Shown: positions 48,907 to 63,253, counted from the stretch's first letter. The stretch is DNA of 64,000 bases from Salpingoeca rosetta (GCA_033442325.1 JAWQFM010000007.1:166735-230734), one strand, 5' to 3'. Notes: a model not told the origin generated them from the letters alone. Numbers and translations are program-made.

Positions 48907-49812
48907 TTATGTTCTGGTGGCCGACGATGGCGTGAGGGTGGCGAAAGGAAAATCCCAGAGCTTGCTGGAGATGCCAAATCCAAGGGTGGAGTGGCGGTAG
49001 TGGTGTTGCATGTGATGCCGCTTAAGGCGCTGGAAGTAGCCCGTGCTTGGGCGGCCGTGATGCAGGTAGTAGTGCGTCAGGTCATAGGCAATGTAGCCGA
49101 GCAGCGCTCCCGCCGTGAGGGCGTTGGCCACCTCGCGCGCCATGGTGAGGTGGAAGACGAGGTAGAACGGCGCCGTCATCATGAGGCCCGCCATCGGCGG
49201 AAACACCAGGCGCCCGCGGTCAAGCGGGAACTTGTGGTGTTGCCCATGCAGGATAAAGTGGAACTGGATGCCAAACGCCGTGCCGGGGAACAGGATGATG
49301 TGGAACAGGAACCTGTGCAGGCAGTACTCCAGGAAGGACCACATGAGGATCCCGGTCAGGAAGATGCCGAGGAACGGCCACAGCGCCAGCACCTGCGTCG
49401 ACACCATGGCCGGCGACACCAGTGCCAGCGGTGACATGCTCCAGTCCAGGCGGCCGAGCGCGTCCATGGACAGCGCGGTGATGATGGGCACCCACACAAT
49501 GGGAATCACCCACCACGGCGTCCACGAGAAGAACTCATACAGATCGCCGGCAAACAGCCTGTAGCTGCGCTGCGCCGAGGGCTTGTGCACCCACTCCCAG
49601 TACTTGTCGCCAAGCTTTGCCACTTGCGGCACCATGGGCCCTTTCATGTCCACGACGCCAAGGCCTTCATCAAGCTGCGCCTTCTTCCCGTCACGATTCG
49701 CCATTTCTGCTGCCCGTGCTGCTGGTGCTGCTGGTGCTGCTGTTGCTGTTGTCGTCATCCTTGCTGCTCCGGTTCTCCCCATCGCCGCAGGTGCAGGCGA
49801 AGGCGGGGCCAT
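48907..49812 (-). CDS. FA2H: Sphingolipid fatty acid 2-hydroxylase (FA2H/SCS7/FAH), single exon, no cytochrome b5 domain
   Basis: VPQVAKLGDKYWEWVH, TPWWVIPIVWVP, EYCLHRFLFH, HFILHGQHHKFPLDRGRLVFPP, YDLTHYYLHHG, HHMQHHY, GFGISSKLWD. The start was chosen at the first plausible ATG that does not overlap the divergent gene. Confidence 0.93.
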   Translation of the reverse strand: MAPPSPAPAAMGRTGAARMTTTATAAPAAPAARAAEMANRDGKKAQLDEGLGVVDMKGPMVPQVAKLGDKYWEWVHKPSAQRSYRLFAGDLYEFFSWTPWWVIPIVWVPIITALSMDALGRLDWSMSPLALVSPAMVSTQVLALWPFLGIFLTGILMWSFLEYCLHRFLFHIILFPGTAFGIQFHFILHGQHHKFPLDRGRLVFPPMAGLMMTAPFYLVFHLTMAREVANALTAGALLGYIAYDLTHYYLHHGRPSTGYFQRLKRHHMQHHYRHSTLGFGISSKLWDFPFATLTPSSATRT

Positions 49813-49975
49813 GCCTTGTGATGTGTGATGATATGTGGGGCTGCTGGAAAGCGAGACGTGCGGACATTGAGACGTGGATGTTGGTGTGTTGGTACGGTGT
49901 GGTGTGAAGGACAAGCGGAAGCAAGAAGCAAGCGCACGAAGCCGTTCATCAATTTGTGGTGTCGAGAACGGCGAG

Positions 49976-50256
49976 ATGTGGCGGAGGCTGCTCACCACCT
50001 TTGGCTCGCATCGCCTGAGCAACACCGTGGCAGTGGTGGACACGGCTTCCACTGCTGCACACGGTGCCGGTGCCGGTGCCGCCGCGAGGGGAAAGGCCTA
50101 CTCCTATCGTGACATCTTGGCAGCCAGCGCTGCCGTCAGTCACAACCTCAAAACATCCTGGCTTCGTGAGTGCGCGTGTACGTGCATCCGTTTGTTTGTG
50201 TTTGTTTGTGTTTGTTGGTGTGTGTGCATGTTGGTGTGTGTATGTGTTGTGGGCTG

Positions 50257-50297
<41 letters not shown>

Positions 50298-50897
50298 CGA
50301 TTTGATTAACCGAATCACAACCTGCTCAACTCTTGTTCCATTGCCCTGTTTGTCCGTCACCATCACCATCACCATCACCATCACCATCACTTCATTGTAT
50401 TCCCTTTGTTCTCTCTTGGTGACACGGCCCCTTGATTGGCTTTGGGCAGCGGGTGGAAGCGAGGGGCAGGACCTGGGCCAAAAGACTGCCCCCGCAGTGG
50501 CAACACTGGTGAGGCCGTCCGTCGGGTATGTGGTCACCATGCTCGGCACGTGGATGGCTGGCGGCACATGCGTCCCTCTCAGCTCCGCGCATACATCGAA
50601 AGACATCAGCTACATCGTCGGCAACTCCGATTCCAGCGTCCTTCTCACGCAGCCGGGCGATGCGCCAGAGTCCTTGCTCTCATCATCCTCCGTTGTCACG
50701 GAAAACGACACGGCCGTGCCTGTTGTCACATCGCCTCCCATCCAAGAGCTCATTCGCACTGGCGATGAGCACCTGCTGCACATGTTGGCCTCCTCGAAGC
50801 GCGTGGACGGCTCGCCAACCGATGCTGGTGACTCGGGTGCGCTCATCATCTACACAAGCGGCACCACGGGTCGTCCAAAAGGTAATGCGTGCGTGCA

Positions 50898-50947
<50 letters not shown>

Positions 50948-52173
50948 CGAACGTGTGTGTGTGTGTGTGTGTGTGTGCGCGTGCGAACGTGTGTGTGTGT
51001 GTGTGTGCGAACGTGTGTGTGTGTGCGAGCGTGTGAATGTGCGTGTTGCCACTTTATGCGTGGGATAGCAGCAACGCTCTCCGCTGCAATCTTTAGCATT
51101 CTCTCACGACACGGCTGCCATTCCCCCTCCCACACACCCACATCAGGTGTGCTGCTGACGCATGATAACCTGGAGCACCACGTGGGCAACCTGCTCTCGG
51201 CCTGGAGATGGAAGCCCTCGGACTACATCCTCAACTTCCTTCCGCTGCACCACGTGCACGGCGTGGTGAACGTGCTCCTGTGCGCGCTTGCTGCGGGCGC
51301 CACATGCGAAATGATCCCCAGGTTTGATGCGGGCGCCGTGTACAACCGCCTCCTTGATACCACCAGGCCTGCGCCGTCCAAGTTCATGGCGGTGCCCACC
51401 ATCTACAACCGCCTTATCCGCGAGTACGACACGCGCACGGCCGAAGAGCAGGCCGCGTTTCGCCGCGCGTGTGATCGCGTTGATCTCATGGTGAGCGGAT
51501 CCGCCGCCCTGCCAGACCCCGTCATGCACAGGTGCGCTGTGTATGTGTGTGTGTGTGTGCGCGCTGTGTATGTGTGTGTACTGTGTACGCGTGCGTGTTG
51601 TGTGTGTGTGTGTATGCGTGCGTGTTGTGTGTGTATGCGTGCGTGCGTGTTGTGTGTGTGTGTGTGTGTGCGTGCGTGTGTGCTCTGTGTGTGCGTGTGT
51701 GTGTCTGTGTGTGGCAAGCGCTGTTGTACCTCCCATCGAGACGTGTGCCAATGTGTCGCGCGCGTTGGGGTTGAACCACATCCGTTACATCCATCACATC
51801 AATCACATCAATCACATCAATTACATCAATCCCTCTCACCCCCACTGTCGTCCTCCCCCCTTCCACTGCTTCAACTGGCAGGTGGCAGGAAATCTCTGGG
51901 CACACACTGCTGGAGCGGTATGGGATGACTGAGATTGGGATGGCGCTTGGCAACCCATATGACGGGCCCCGTATCCCTGGTTTCGTTGGTCGTCCCTTTA
52001 ACAACGTTCGCGTCAAGGTGTGGTGCAATGCACAATGGTGACATTGGTGGCGGTGATGGTGATGGTGGTGATGTTGGTGGGGACAGGTTATCGTTTTTTT
52101 TTGTGCGTGCGTGCGTGTCAGGGTTGAGTGTTGTCGTACTTGTATTCACACACGTGTGCATCATACACACACA

Positions 52174-52214
<41 letters not shown>

Positions 52215-53866
52215 ACTCACACACACACACACACTCTCTCTCTCTCTCTTCTCCTTGCCTCGCAGATTGTTGGTGATGACGGCGCATGCACGTACGACTG
52301 CCGAGCTGCGGACTTTTCTTTGGACTGGACGAAACTCGCCACCCGCCCCAGCGTACGCCATGACGATGACGATGATGATGACGGGAAAGAGAGAGAGAGA
52401 GGGTGTGTGTGTGTGTGTGCAAGTGCCACATATGGTGCTGGCCAACTGGGAACTTCGTATGCGCGTTCGCTCACAAACCCACAACCATACATGCACGCAC
52501 ACATGCATGCTCACGTGTCGTAACCGCCTGCCCTCATTGTGTGTGTATGGTGACAGGTTGACCGAACGCGTTTGGAATCGCTTGGAGAAGAGCTGAAAAC
52601 GTTACGCCGTCCACAGGTCACAGGTACGCTTGGTTGCATGCATACATGAATGGTTGGACGGATGGTTGGGCGATGCCGGAGGAGTCGACGAACGCACGTG
52701 CACTCGCCCGACAAATAGTGTTCATGCGCACGCGCACACACACACACACACACACACACATACCACGACAGATGGTAGTGACACTGTTGAAGGGGAGCTG
52801 AGGGTCTTAGGCCCGAATGTGTTTGCCGAATACATCAACAACGAGGAAGCAACGCGAAAGGAGTTTGATGATGAAGGTTCGTGTTTGTGTCAGAAGTGTT
52901 CTGCGCGCATGTGCGCGTGTGTAGACGCTTGCGACTCAGGCTGTGTGTTTGTGTGATGTTTCATTTGGCTCGAATGTTGGTGTTACTGACCACGAGCACC
53001 ACTCCTTACCATCCATCAATCCACATCAGTCCACACTAATTGCCGCACCGATCACCACCAATCAATACAACCGCACATGACCATGCCACATACAGGCTAC
53101 TTCAAGACGGGTGACCGCGTGCGTTACGACCCCTCTGTTGACTCATACGCAGTCCTTGGTCGCATGAGCGCGGACATATTGAAGGTTGGCGGGTACAAGC
53201 TGTCCGCTCTGGAGATTGAGAGGGAATTGCTTGCGCTGTCGTTCGTGCAGGAGTGCGCAGTTGTCGGCGTTCCTGATGAGGACATGGGTCAGATTGTTGG
53301 TGCCATCATTGTCCCGTCCACTGGTGATGGTGATGGTGATGGTGATGGTGATGGTGATGGTGATGAGATTACACTGGAGCGGTTGAACGCTGCGCTGGAG
53401 AACCGACTGACAGTTTACAAGCGCCCGCGGCTCCTTAAGGTGCGCATTGTGTGTGTATGTGTGTATGTGTGTGAGTGTGTGAGTGTGTGTGTATGTGTGT
53501 GGTGTGTGAGTGTGTATGTGTACACGTGTATGTGTGAATTGTGTATGTGTGTACGTTTGTGTGTCCTGCGCATGTTTACCCTTCGAACTAACTGCTCACC
53601 CATCCATCCATCCACACACACACGCACACACACACACACACACGCACACAAACTTACACTCGTATACGCACACACACACACACACATACACGCACACCCA
53701 CACATACACCCACACACACAAACGTACACACGTATGCGCACACGCGCACACGCGCACACACACACACATACACACGCATACGCATGCACAGGTTGTGAGC
53801 GAGATTCCCAGAAATGCAATGGGAAAAGTCAACAAGAAGACCCTCGTGCATGTGTTTGAGGAGTGA
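49976..53866 (+). CDS. ACSF3: Malonyl-CoA synthetase ACSF3/MatB-like acyl-CoA synthetase, multi-exon
   Basis: [93 protein letters not shown]. The ERYGMTE and PRNAMGKV motifs are typical of MatB/ACSF3. Confidence 0.88.
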
Positions 53867-54161
53867 GAGAGAACGCGGGGATGGTTGAGCGATACACATG
53901 CAAACACCCGGAGTGTTTGCTGTCAATCACATTGCTTCGCAGCCTTGAACTGTTACACTGGATTACCAATGTGGCTGGCGAAGCTTGGTTTGTTTAATGT
54001 TGGAGCGTTGTGTTACTGCTATCTTCAATCAACAAGAACAATCAAGATGTGCATTCATTCATCAAAGCGATCCGCGAACACAACGTTGGCATTCGTATCC
54101 TCAGAACAGTCATGTTACCAGTCAACCACTCACTCGCATGTGTGCGCGTGCGCGTACACCT

Positions 54162-54241
<80 letters not shown>

Positions 54242-54382
54242 CTCTCTCTCTCTCTGTGCATCACAAACCCTCCCTCGTATCATCTCTGCTGCCAAAATTT
54301 CACACCAGCGATCAGCATCGGATGCCAAAGTCGGCATCACATCACATCAGTGCATGCCACAATTGGCGTTCGTGGGTGCGTG

Positions 54383-56910
54383 CTACTCGCGGCGTGCTGT
54401 TGGGTGGTCGCCAGCGTGGCGCGTGCCCTCATCCTGCGCAACCTGCTGCTGCCGCTGCAACAGACCCGTGTGTACACGACGAGCCGACCTGAACACAGAG
54501 TGAGTGAGGGAGTGAGTGAGGGAGTGAGTGAGTGAGTGAAGCCTTGTGCAGTGTGGTGGATGTACAAGCACGAGTGCTTGGGTTTGCTGACGTACGATTC
54601 GCGCAAGTCCTCGCGAGGGTGGACGTGTCCAAACTTGTTTTCGTAGAGAGAGCTCAGCGTGCCAGCAGGGTACGGTCTGCAGAGGAGGAGGAGGAGGAGC
54701 CAACCGCACTGCCGCATGAGAGCAGAAAGCCGCAACGAACGTTGTGCACAAGAAGAGGAAGACAGACAGGCAGACAGACAGACAGACAGACACACACACA
54801 CACACATACACGCACCCAGACACATAGACACAGACAACACACAAACACTGGAGCACGGAAATTGCACCTGTGCGCTGGTTCGTGCTCGATGGGCAATTTT
54901 TCCACAGATCGAGAGCGCCGTCGTGAACCGCTCCGGCCACTCGAACACGTGCTCGCGTCGTCTCCGCCATCCGTTGCTCTTGCTGTCGTTGCTGTCGTTG
55001 CTGTCGTTGCCTCCGCTGTCGCTGTTGCTTTCGTGTGATCACGTTGTTTCAGCCTGTCCTTTTCTCTGTCCTTGTCCCTCACCCTTGTATCGCCGATGCT
55101 GCTGCTGCTGCCGGCACGCCGCGATCTCGCTGGCGACACACGCGCAGACGACGCACGCACGCGCGTCTGTGGAGCAGCAGTGCGGTGTGTCGACGTGACA
55201 GTGTGCTGACTGCGACTGCCAGACACACGCGACTCTGCAACATGCCACCTCGTTGCACCAGCGCCCCGCTGCTGCTGTTGTTGGCTGTGTTGGCTGTGGT
55301 GGTGCGAGGGAGTATGGTGCACGTGCTGCTGCAAACCTGCGCCACGCCTGCTGGATCGAGACGTGCGCCGACTGGTGTGGGAAAACGACGATGACGACGA
55401 CATGGCATGCAGCACACGCACATCCTCCGAGAACTGCGCATCAATGTGCTGGTGACTCGAGTGCCACTGCATGTCGGCGTGGCTCATGGTCATCGCAGCC
55501 ACACTCGTCTCACGATGCTGGTGCTGGTAGTGCTGGTGGTGCGAGCCCTGGCGTTGGAGATGGGTGTTGTCGTACCACGGCGGATGCGGTTGGCGCGCTC
55601 CTTTTCGCTGTGAATCGAAATCAACGTCAAGCTGCAGGAACTGCGTGCTCAAGTGGCGTTGTGGCGGCGGGTGTGACGCCTCGTCGTCATCGTCTTCGTG
55701 CGTGTGTTGTTGTACCTGTGCTGTGAAGCTCATGCTTCGATGGATGTGAGTGAGCGATGATGCAGGCACGATGCTGCTTGTTGAGCCGCCACGAACATGT
55801 GCACTTGCACTGCTCATCCTGCTGCGCGCACGCGTTGGAAGTTCGCCTGCCTTCATCCGCTCATGATGGCCTCCACTGTTTCCACTGTCGTTGCCAGCCG
55901 CCTCTCCACCCAACTGCTGCTGCTGCTGCTGTTTGTTCGGTGGCTGTGGATGGTGGTGATGCTGCTGCTGTTGCGATGAAGTGAGTTCCGTCAGGTCTTC
56001 TGTGCTCCCGTCTGCGAAACCAAAATGATGGCGGATAGACAAGGGTGAACGAGCGTACGTACACTCCAAACTTATACACACACATGCGTACATGCGCTCG
56101 TGCATGTGTATGTGTGTGTGCGTGTGTGCGTGTGTATGCATATGTATGTGTATGCATTTGTGCGTGTATGCAGCAGCAGTGCCCCACCCACCGACGTGCT
56201 TGGCCGCGGGTGAGAGGCCCCTGGCCAGTAGCTTTGGGCTGAGCGACTCTGCGCGCACGCTCGTCGCCAGTCCGCTGCGGCCCATTCGCGGACTCGACGC
56301 ATACGACCGGCAGCTGTGGTGAGAGAGAGGGGGGGGGGAAGGAAGTGAGAGAGTGAGAGAGTGTGCGTGCGTGTGAGCGAGAGAGTGTGCGTGCGTGCAA
56401 GTGAGAGGGAGAGAGCCAGCAAGGCAGAGAGAGAGTGTGTGTGTGTGAACCACCGGCTCAGCTGTACAGATGCGAGGCAGCTTATTGAGTCCACCAGCAT
56501 GACATGAGCCATGGCTCACACTTCACCTGTTGTTGTTTCGGCCAGAAATTGCGTTTGTGATTGCAGTCGGTGATCCGATGGACGCTGAGCGCGTTGACCG
56601 CACTTCATCCCCAGACGACACAAAATCCTGCAAAACGGGAGGAGGGGTTTCACATGGGCAAGAGGGCGTGATGTCAAAATGATGGGGAGGGGAAGGATAC
56701 GTGGGGGTGAGAGAGAGAGAGAGAGAGGATGCTACAGCTGTGCAACGCCGCATAACCACACGGGTTAACACACGCACACGCACGTGATATTTGCACACAC
56801 GCACCAGGACGGATGGGGAGATTTCAGTGATAGCAGGGCGTCTGCTGTCACCGTCGTCATCGCGATGAACCGCTGCGCTCTTGCGGGCGGCGCGGGCAGC
56901 AACGCGATCC

Positions 56911-56993
<83 letters not shown>

Positions 56994-57439
56994 GTGATGA
57001 TGATGTTGTAGTTGTAGTTGTAGTTGTAGTTGTAGTTGTAGTTGTAGTTGTTGTAGTAGTAGTAGTAGTAGTTGTTGTTGTTGTTGTTGGTGAGGTTGAA
57101 GTGCATGGTATTTGTTGGTTGGTGGTGGTGGTGATGGTTGGGAGGGGAAGCGCAATCTTCAGAGCATGTCACAGCGGTGCAGGAGGAGACACGGGGTGTT
57201 GCGTGCGCATACGTTTGCGAATGTTGGAATGCCGCGATTGGAGAGGCGCTTGTACTTCTCGCGGAGGCGACTGCAACCAAGAAAGGTCATGTGAATCTTG
57301 GAAGCAGTTCAACAGGGACACGCGTTACACACACACACACACACACAGGCACACACAAACAAACAAACAAACAAACAAACAAACAGACAAACAAACAAAC
57401 AAACAAACAAACAAACAAACAAACAAACAAACAAACAAA

Positions 57440-57478
<39 letters not shown>

Positions 57479-58381
57479 GCTCATGCTGGACCTGCGGCGG
57501 CGGCGTGTCGGTGTTGAAGCGAACGCGCTCGCACTCGATGAGCGTGACATGCGCCCGCTACCCTCACTCTCATTGTCATCATTGTCATCATCGTCGTCGT
57601 CATCATTGTCTTCCGAATCGGCATCCTCTGTTGTGTTGATGACAACGAACAAGATGAAGCGTGTGGATGGTGGTGGGTGAAAAGTGACAGGCGAAAAACG
57701 TGCATCGTGTCGCATGAAACAACGTCAACGTGCTTACATCGTACATCACAGGCAGGCAGACATACAGACATGCAATACAACACCATGGCGCACATGCACA
57801 CACAGACCCCCCCCCCACACACACACACACAGACACACACACACACACAGACACCCCCCCCACACACACACACGCCGCCAGTTACCTGGAAAGTCTTCGG
57901 GTGGTCTGTGTTTCCCCTTTGTTTTCTTCTTCTTCTTCCTGCGCGTCTTGCCCTTGCCTGCACTGCCCGTCTTCTTGCCCCCCGCCAGCACCGAGGGCTC
58001 CGAGTCTGCGCGCCGCAGCAGCTGCAAACGCAATCCTGCCTGTTTCTTCGCAGCAGCGTCGTGCAGGGCGCGCTCGCCAAACCGGAAGCGGATCTCTGCC
58101 TTCTCCGTCTCGCCTTCCGACGGGGAGCTGTCTGACCCTGGCGAGTCGTCCTCGTCGTCGTCGTTGTTGGCCGGGTCAGCGAGGAGGGCGCTGAGGCCGG
58201 AGGCGCCCGTGTGCACATCCGCACCCCGCTGCATCGCCTCTGATCGCAGACGCGACCACAGCAGGTTCGTCTGCACACGCACACAAGGCAGTGAAGGGTG
58301 AGATGTGCTGAGAGAGAACAGTTGCGCATGTGATGACGGTGGTGGTGAAGTGTGACGACGCAGCAATGGCGACAATGAACG

Positions 58382-58465
<84 letters not shown>

Positions 58466-60884
58466 CACACACGCACACACACACAAACACATGCGCACAG
58501 TCGTGCAGCCGTCCATGCACAAGTGTGCACACCTTAGCTTGGTCCGGGTCGCAGTAATCAAGCAGCGAGTCGAAGAATATCTCACCAAGTTCCTCAAAGT
58601 CGCCTGCACACGAATCATGAACGACAACACATCGTGTGGGTGCATGTGCGAATCAAGTACCAATCGCCCAACCAACACCCGCACTCTCATGCTTTCTCTC
58701 TGTCTCAACCACCCAAAACACACACACACACACACACACACACATGGTCGAAACTGGCGTTTCTTGAGCCGCCCCATGGTACTGCCACAGAATGTCGCCT
58801 CCATCGTAAACGCATTCACAATGTTCTGTAGCATGTGTGTATGTACGCGGATGTGCGTGGATGTGCGTGAATGTGCGTGTGTGTCATGAATACATAACAA
58901 GCGTGTGTGTCACGCACGAGCGGACAACAAGCATCAAGTAGCATTGGTACAAACGTGCGATGATGCCATTGATGACTCACCAGCTCCCTCCACGTGACAA
59001 CACGGCCCGTCGACTCTTTGCATTTCTTGACGCTGAACTTGGAGCTGTCAACACCCAGAACATGAATGAGCAGGGTTGTCGCAAGGAAATATCGGGCGGC
59101 AAACACATCCACCCACGCCTTCACCCCCACCCCCACCCCCACACCCACGCACACGCACACGCACACACACGCACACGCACACACACGCACACACATACAC
59201 ACACAAATACACACAACTACACCTTTTGTAGGAGAAGTGTGCCTGTCCGTTGAGGTGCATGATGAGCGGGAAAATGCGTTCGGTGAGCAGTCTGTCTGGG
59301 TTGGTCCTGTTGTTGCAGCCGTAGATGAAGACGTTGTGCTTTCGACTGTGCCCGTGGAGATCGCAGTACATCACCACAGGGCGATCCCGTGCCAGCCGTT
59401 GCATCATAATCTGGCGAAGAGGCGGTGGCGCGGTGACGGTGATGGAACCGTCAACAGAAGTGCATGATTGGCATCTTGTCGTACATACACATATACCCAT
59501 GTACCCATGTACACAAACACACACACACATACACAAACAAGTGACACACCTTGACGGAGTAGATGGTTGGGTAGAGCTCGCGGATGGTGTGCTTGTATGT
59601 CCTGTTGAGGTCGACGCCCGCGAGGGAGCAGCGGTAGTTGCCGACGATCACGCCGTCAGGATTCAGCATCGGCACAATCTTAAACACAAAGTTGTCGCGC
59701 AGCAGCTGGTGTATGCAGGTGTGCATATGTGCGTGTGTGTACAGGTGTGAGCACGGATATGTGTGTGTGTGCGTATGCGTCTGTGCGTGCGTATGCGTGT
59801 GTTGGGGGAGTCAACAATGAACACTGCGTCAACGTGTTACACATGCTCTTGTACGCGTGTCGCAGCATCACAAACAACACACCTGTGCGTCCTCTGTTGT
59901 TCCGGTGATAAAGTCCAGAAATCCTTTCATCATCCACGATGCGTTTGTTTCACCAGGATGCACTCGCGCCGTGATGATCACGCCCTGACGCAACCAGAGG
60001 TGGTGATGATGATGATGTGAGACGACACTGTGACACGACTCATGACACACACACACACACACACACACATGAATACACACACACACCCACACACACACAT
60101 AAATACACACACACACCTACGCACATAACCACACACACACACACATACACCTATGCACATAAACACACACATACACATGAGCACATAAACGCACACACAC
60201 CAGCACGGACCTTGCGGGTCTCCATCTCCGCCTGCGGAACACCGAAGTTTGTGACGGTGAGAAGGTCGCACACGTTTCCCGCGAGTGTTCGGCAGAGGAC
60301 GCGGTGGCGGCAGATGTTCTTGGAGCTCTCAGACTGCATGAGCGCCGTGATGTAGTGTTGCAGGTCCTGTGGTGGTGTTTGAGGGGGGGGGGGGGAATGG
60401 TGTGACATATGAATGGCAATGGTGCGGACGATGGAGTTTGGACTTGGCACAGACACAGACACAGACACAGACACAAAGACACACATACACACATACACAC
60501 ACGCACGTGCACACGCATGCACGCGCACACATACAAACACAACACACACACACACACACGCACGTGCACGCACGCACACACACACGCATGCACGTGCACA
60601 TACAAACACACACACACACACACACACCCATGCACGCGCACGTACGGAGTAAGTGTACGGATAGCAATGGGCAAAGTAGACGGTGTCGTTGTTGGCGGGA
60701 AACTTGAATGTCCAGGACAGCGTGTAGTGGTGGCGATCTGTATCGTTGACATTCACGTGATTGCGGAAGTAGCACACGTTGTCACCACCACGATGCCACC
60801 TGTACTCGAGCAAACCACAGTGCAGTGGGGAAGCGGTGAGTGTCAGGAATGAGCACATGAAGACGCAACCAATGACCATGTGTA

Positions 60885-60947
<63 letters not shown>

Positions 60948-61121
60948 GTGTGCGTGTGTGGGTGTGCATTCTGCGTCTCTGCCTTTGATCGCTTCCCCCT
61001 CCAAACATTTCACAATTTCACACCCGATTTGTCGTGATTTGTAGAGGTGGCCGGAGAACACCACGGGCTGCATGCCGTGGTTGTACAAGCTGTCAGACTG
61101 GGTGGGTGGGTTGGTTGGTAG

Positions 61122-61184
<63 letters not shown>

Positions 61185-61447
61185 CAAGTATGTGTGAAAG
61201 CGTGAAGGCGCAGCAGCAAGGAAGGCTTGCATACAACAGAACAATGGATGCACGCGTGCACACACACGCGCACACAGGGGATGCGACCATCAGCATGTCT
61301 AGCCCAGGATCACCTTGAGGAGGTTCATGATGTTGAACGTGTACGTCTCGCCTCCCTTCATGTTGGTGACGCGGAAGAAGAACCACTGCGTGTGTCGTGT
61401 CGTGTACAAGTCGGTGGACAGGTCAAGCATGTACTCCGTCGGCCCAC

Positions 61448-61489
<42 letters not shown>

Positions 61490-63253
61490 CGATGATGATG
61501 ATGATGATGATGATGTGCAGAGAGGTGACGTGAGTGTTCACGGATGCGTAGTAGGCAAGTGTGCTCAGATACCATAACAACGCAAGCAGTGAGGCAGCTA
61601 GAAGGCAGATCAAGAGCCACGTGGAAACACACAGACACACACACACACACGTGCGCACGCACAGACAGACAGACAGACAGACACACACACACCGCACAAA
61701 CAAAGCATACATCTTTGTGGCTGTTTGGAGATTGCCGCTTTCAAAACAGGAGTCGAAGTGCAGATGGTCCTCATCGCCAGCTGCTCCACTCGACGCAACA
61801 GCACCGGACCCGGCGTCCGCATCCACTGCATGACGCAATGCGCCGTTGGATCCATTGTCACCGTTGATTGCGTTCAGGGTATCGCTCTCCTCTGAAATGG
61901 GTGTGTATTCACGCACGCGTGATGGCAGGAACTGCGGAAGCAGCAGCAGCAGCAGCGATAGTGGTCACAGTGAGTGTGTGAATAAGCGTGTTCGTGCGTG
62001 AAAATGTGCGTGTGTGTATGTGTGTGTAGATGGTAGACTCATGAGGCAGCGACGCGATGACGCCAACAGGCTGCAGGTTCCATGGTGTGCATGAGAGGGT
62101 TGACCTGTGGTGCAGGGCTGATGCGGCGCTCGTACACGACTGGGCCGGTTCCGCGAATCAGACGCACACGCAGTCGCTCCACGTACCCTGTTGCAGACGC
62201 AGGAGAAGAAGGGGGAGGGTGTGTGTGTGTGCGTGTGTGTGTGTGTGTGTGCGCGAAGCACATGAAGGCGCGTGAGCACGACCGGGAAGGAAGGGCTGTC
62301 TCACAGCAGCAACGAGTCACACACAAACACTCACAGCAGACACATGCACACACGCACCTGGGTCAGCGCGTTGGTGGAATGGCTCAGGCTCAGGGGCGTT
62401 GTAGTATGGAAACGAGGGCGCAGGATACACCATATCAATGTCCGTTGGCCTGCGTGAAGCCGTCAACAGGGTGCGGGCACACGTTAAGGGAAAGTGGGGG
62501 GGGGGGACGGTGTGTGCGTGTGTGTCAGCTTGTGTGTTTGTGTGACGTGGGGAAAAAACGGGACGAATGGAATGGCCAGGCGTAGCGAGAAGGCGAGGCA
62601 CGTCACGAGCAGAGTGGCAGCTCAGGGAACCACACCATCTGGGCTGCGGTTGCGTGTTGGTATCTCGTTCCTGTGGAAGGACCGTCTTGCGATGCATGGG
62701 TGTCTTCAGCTTCGTCACCACCTACACGCACAACCACGGTGACACAGCATTCAGCAAGACCAAACAGGTAGCAGGTGTCAGTGAGTTGGAAAGACCTTTC
62801 CCTGGGTGGCTTGTGGCAGGATCGAGTCGCAGCCAGACAAGCACACGCCACACGCAAGCATGCGCTTGCCATCACAGCGTACTTGCACAACAAGACCCAC
62901 ACCACTACGCAGCACGTTTCCAAGGCACGACACAACAACAGCCATAGCACAGCATGTCATTGCACCTGTTTGCCTCCGACGACGACGTATTCCACTTGGG
63001 TGCTGAGCTTGGCTTGCTCTGCCGTTGACATGGGCGCCGATGCCCTGCGCTGCTCCGTGTGCCGCACAGCGCCACTTGCGTCGCGGTCCTCCTGGTCTTC
63101 GCCGTCAGCGTTGGCAGCGACCGATGTGTTGGAGAGGACATCGGTGTGGTATTCTTTTGCAATGCCATCGTAGAAGCGGTGGCGGATCTCGTTGTGCCCG
63201 CCCAGCATCTTCTCAAGGCGTTCGCGCAGCCGCCGCTCCACATCGTATGACAT
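54383..63253 (-). CDS. Cytosolic carboxypeptidase (tubulin deglutamylase, M14D), CCP2/CCP3-like, multi-exon with a long low-complexity C-terminal tail
   Basis: [107 protein letters not shown]. Closest to AGBL2/AGBL3. The 3' exons are inferred from splice phase. Confidence 0.9.
56911..57090. repeat. Compound microsatellite (GAT)n-(GTTGTA)n-(GTA)n-(GTT)n in a carboxypeptidase intron
   Basis: Directly visible. Confidence 0.9.

Noticed and set aside
49813-50052. Upstream in-frame extension of the FA2H ORF
   Set aside because: It overlaps the first coding exon of ACSF3 on the opposite strand and has no b5 or other motif.
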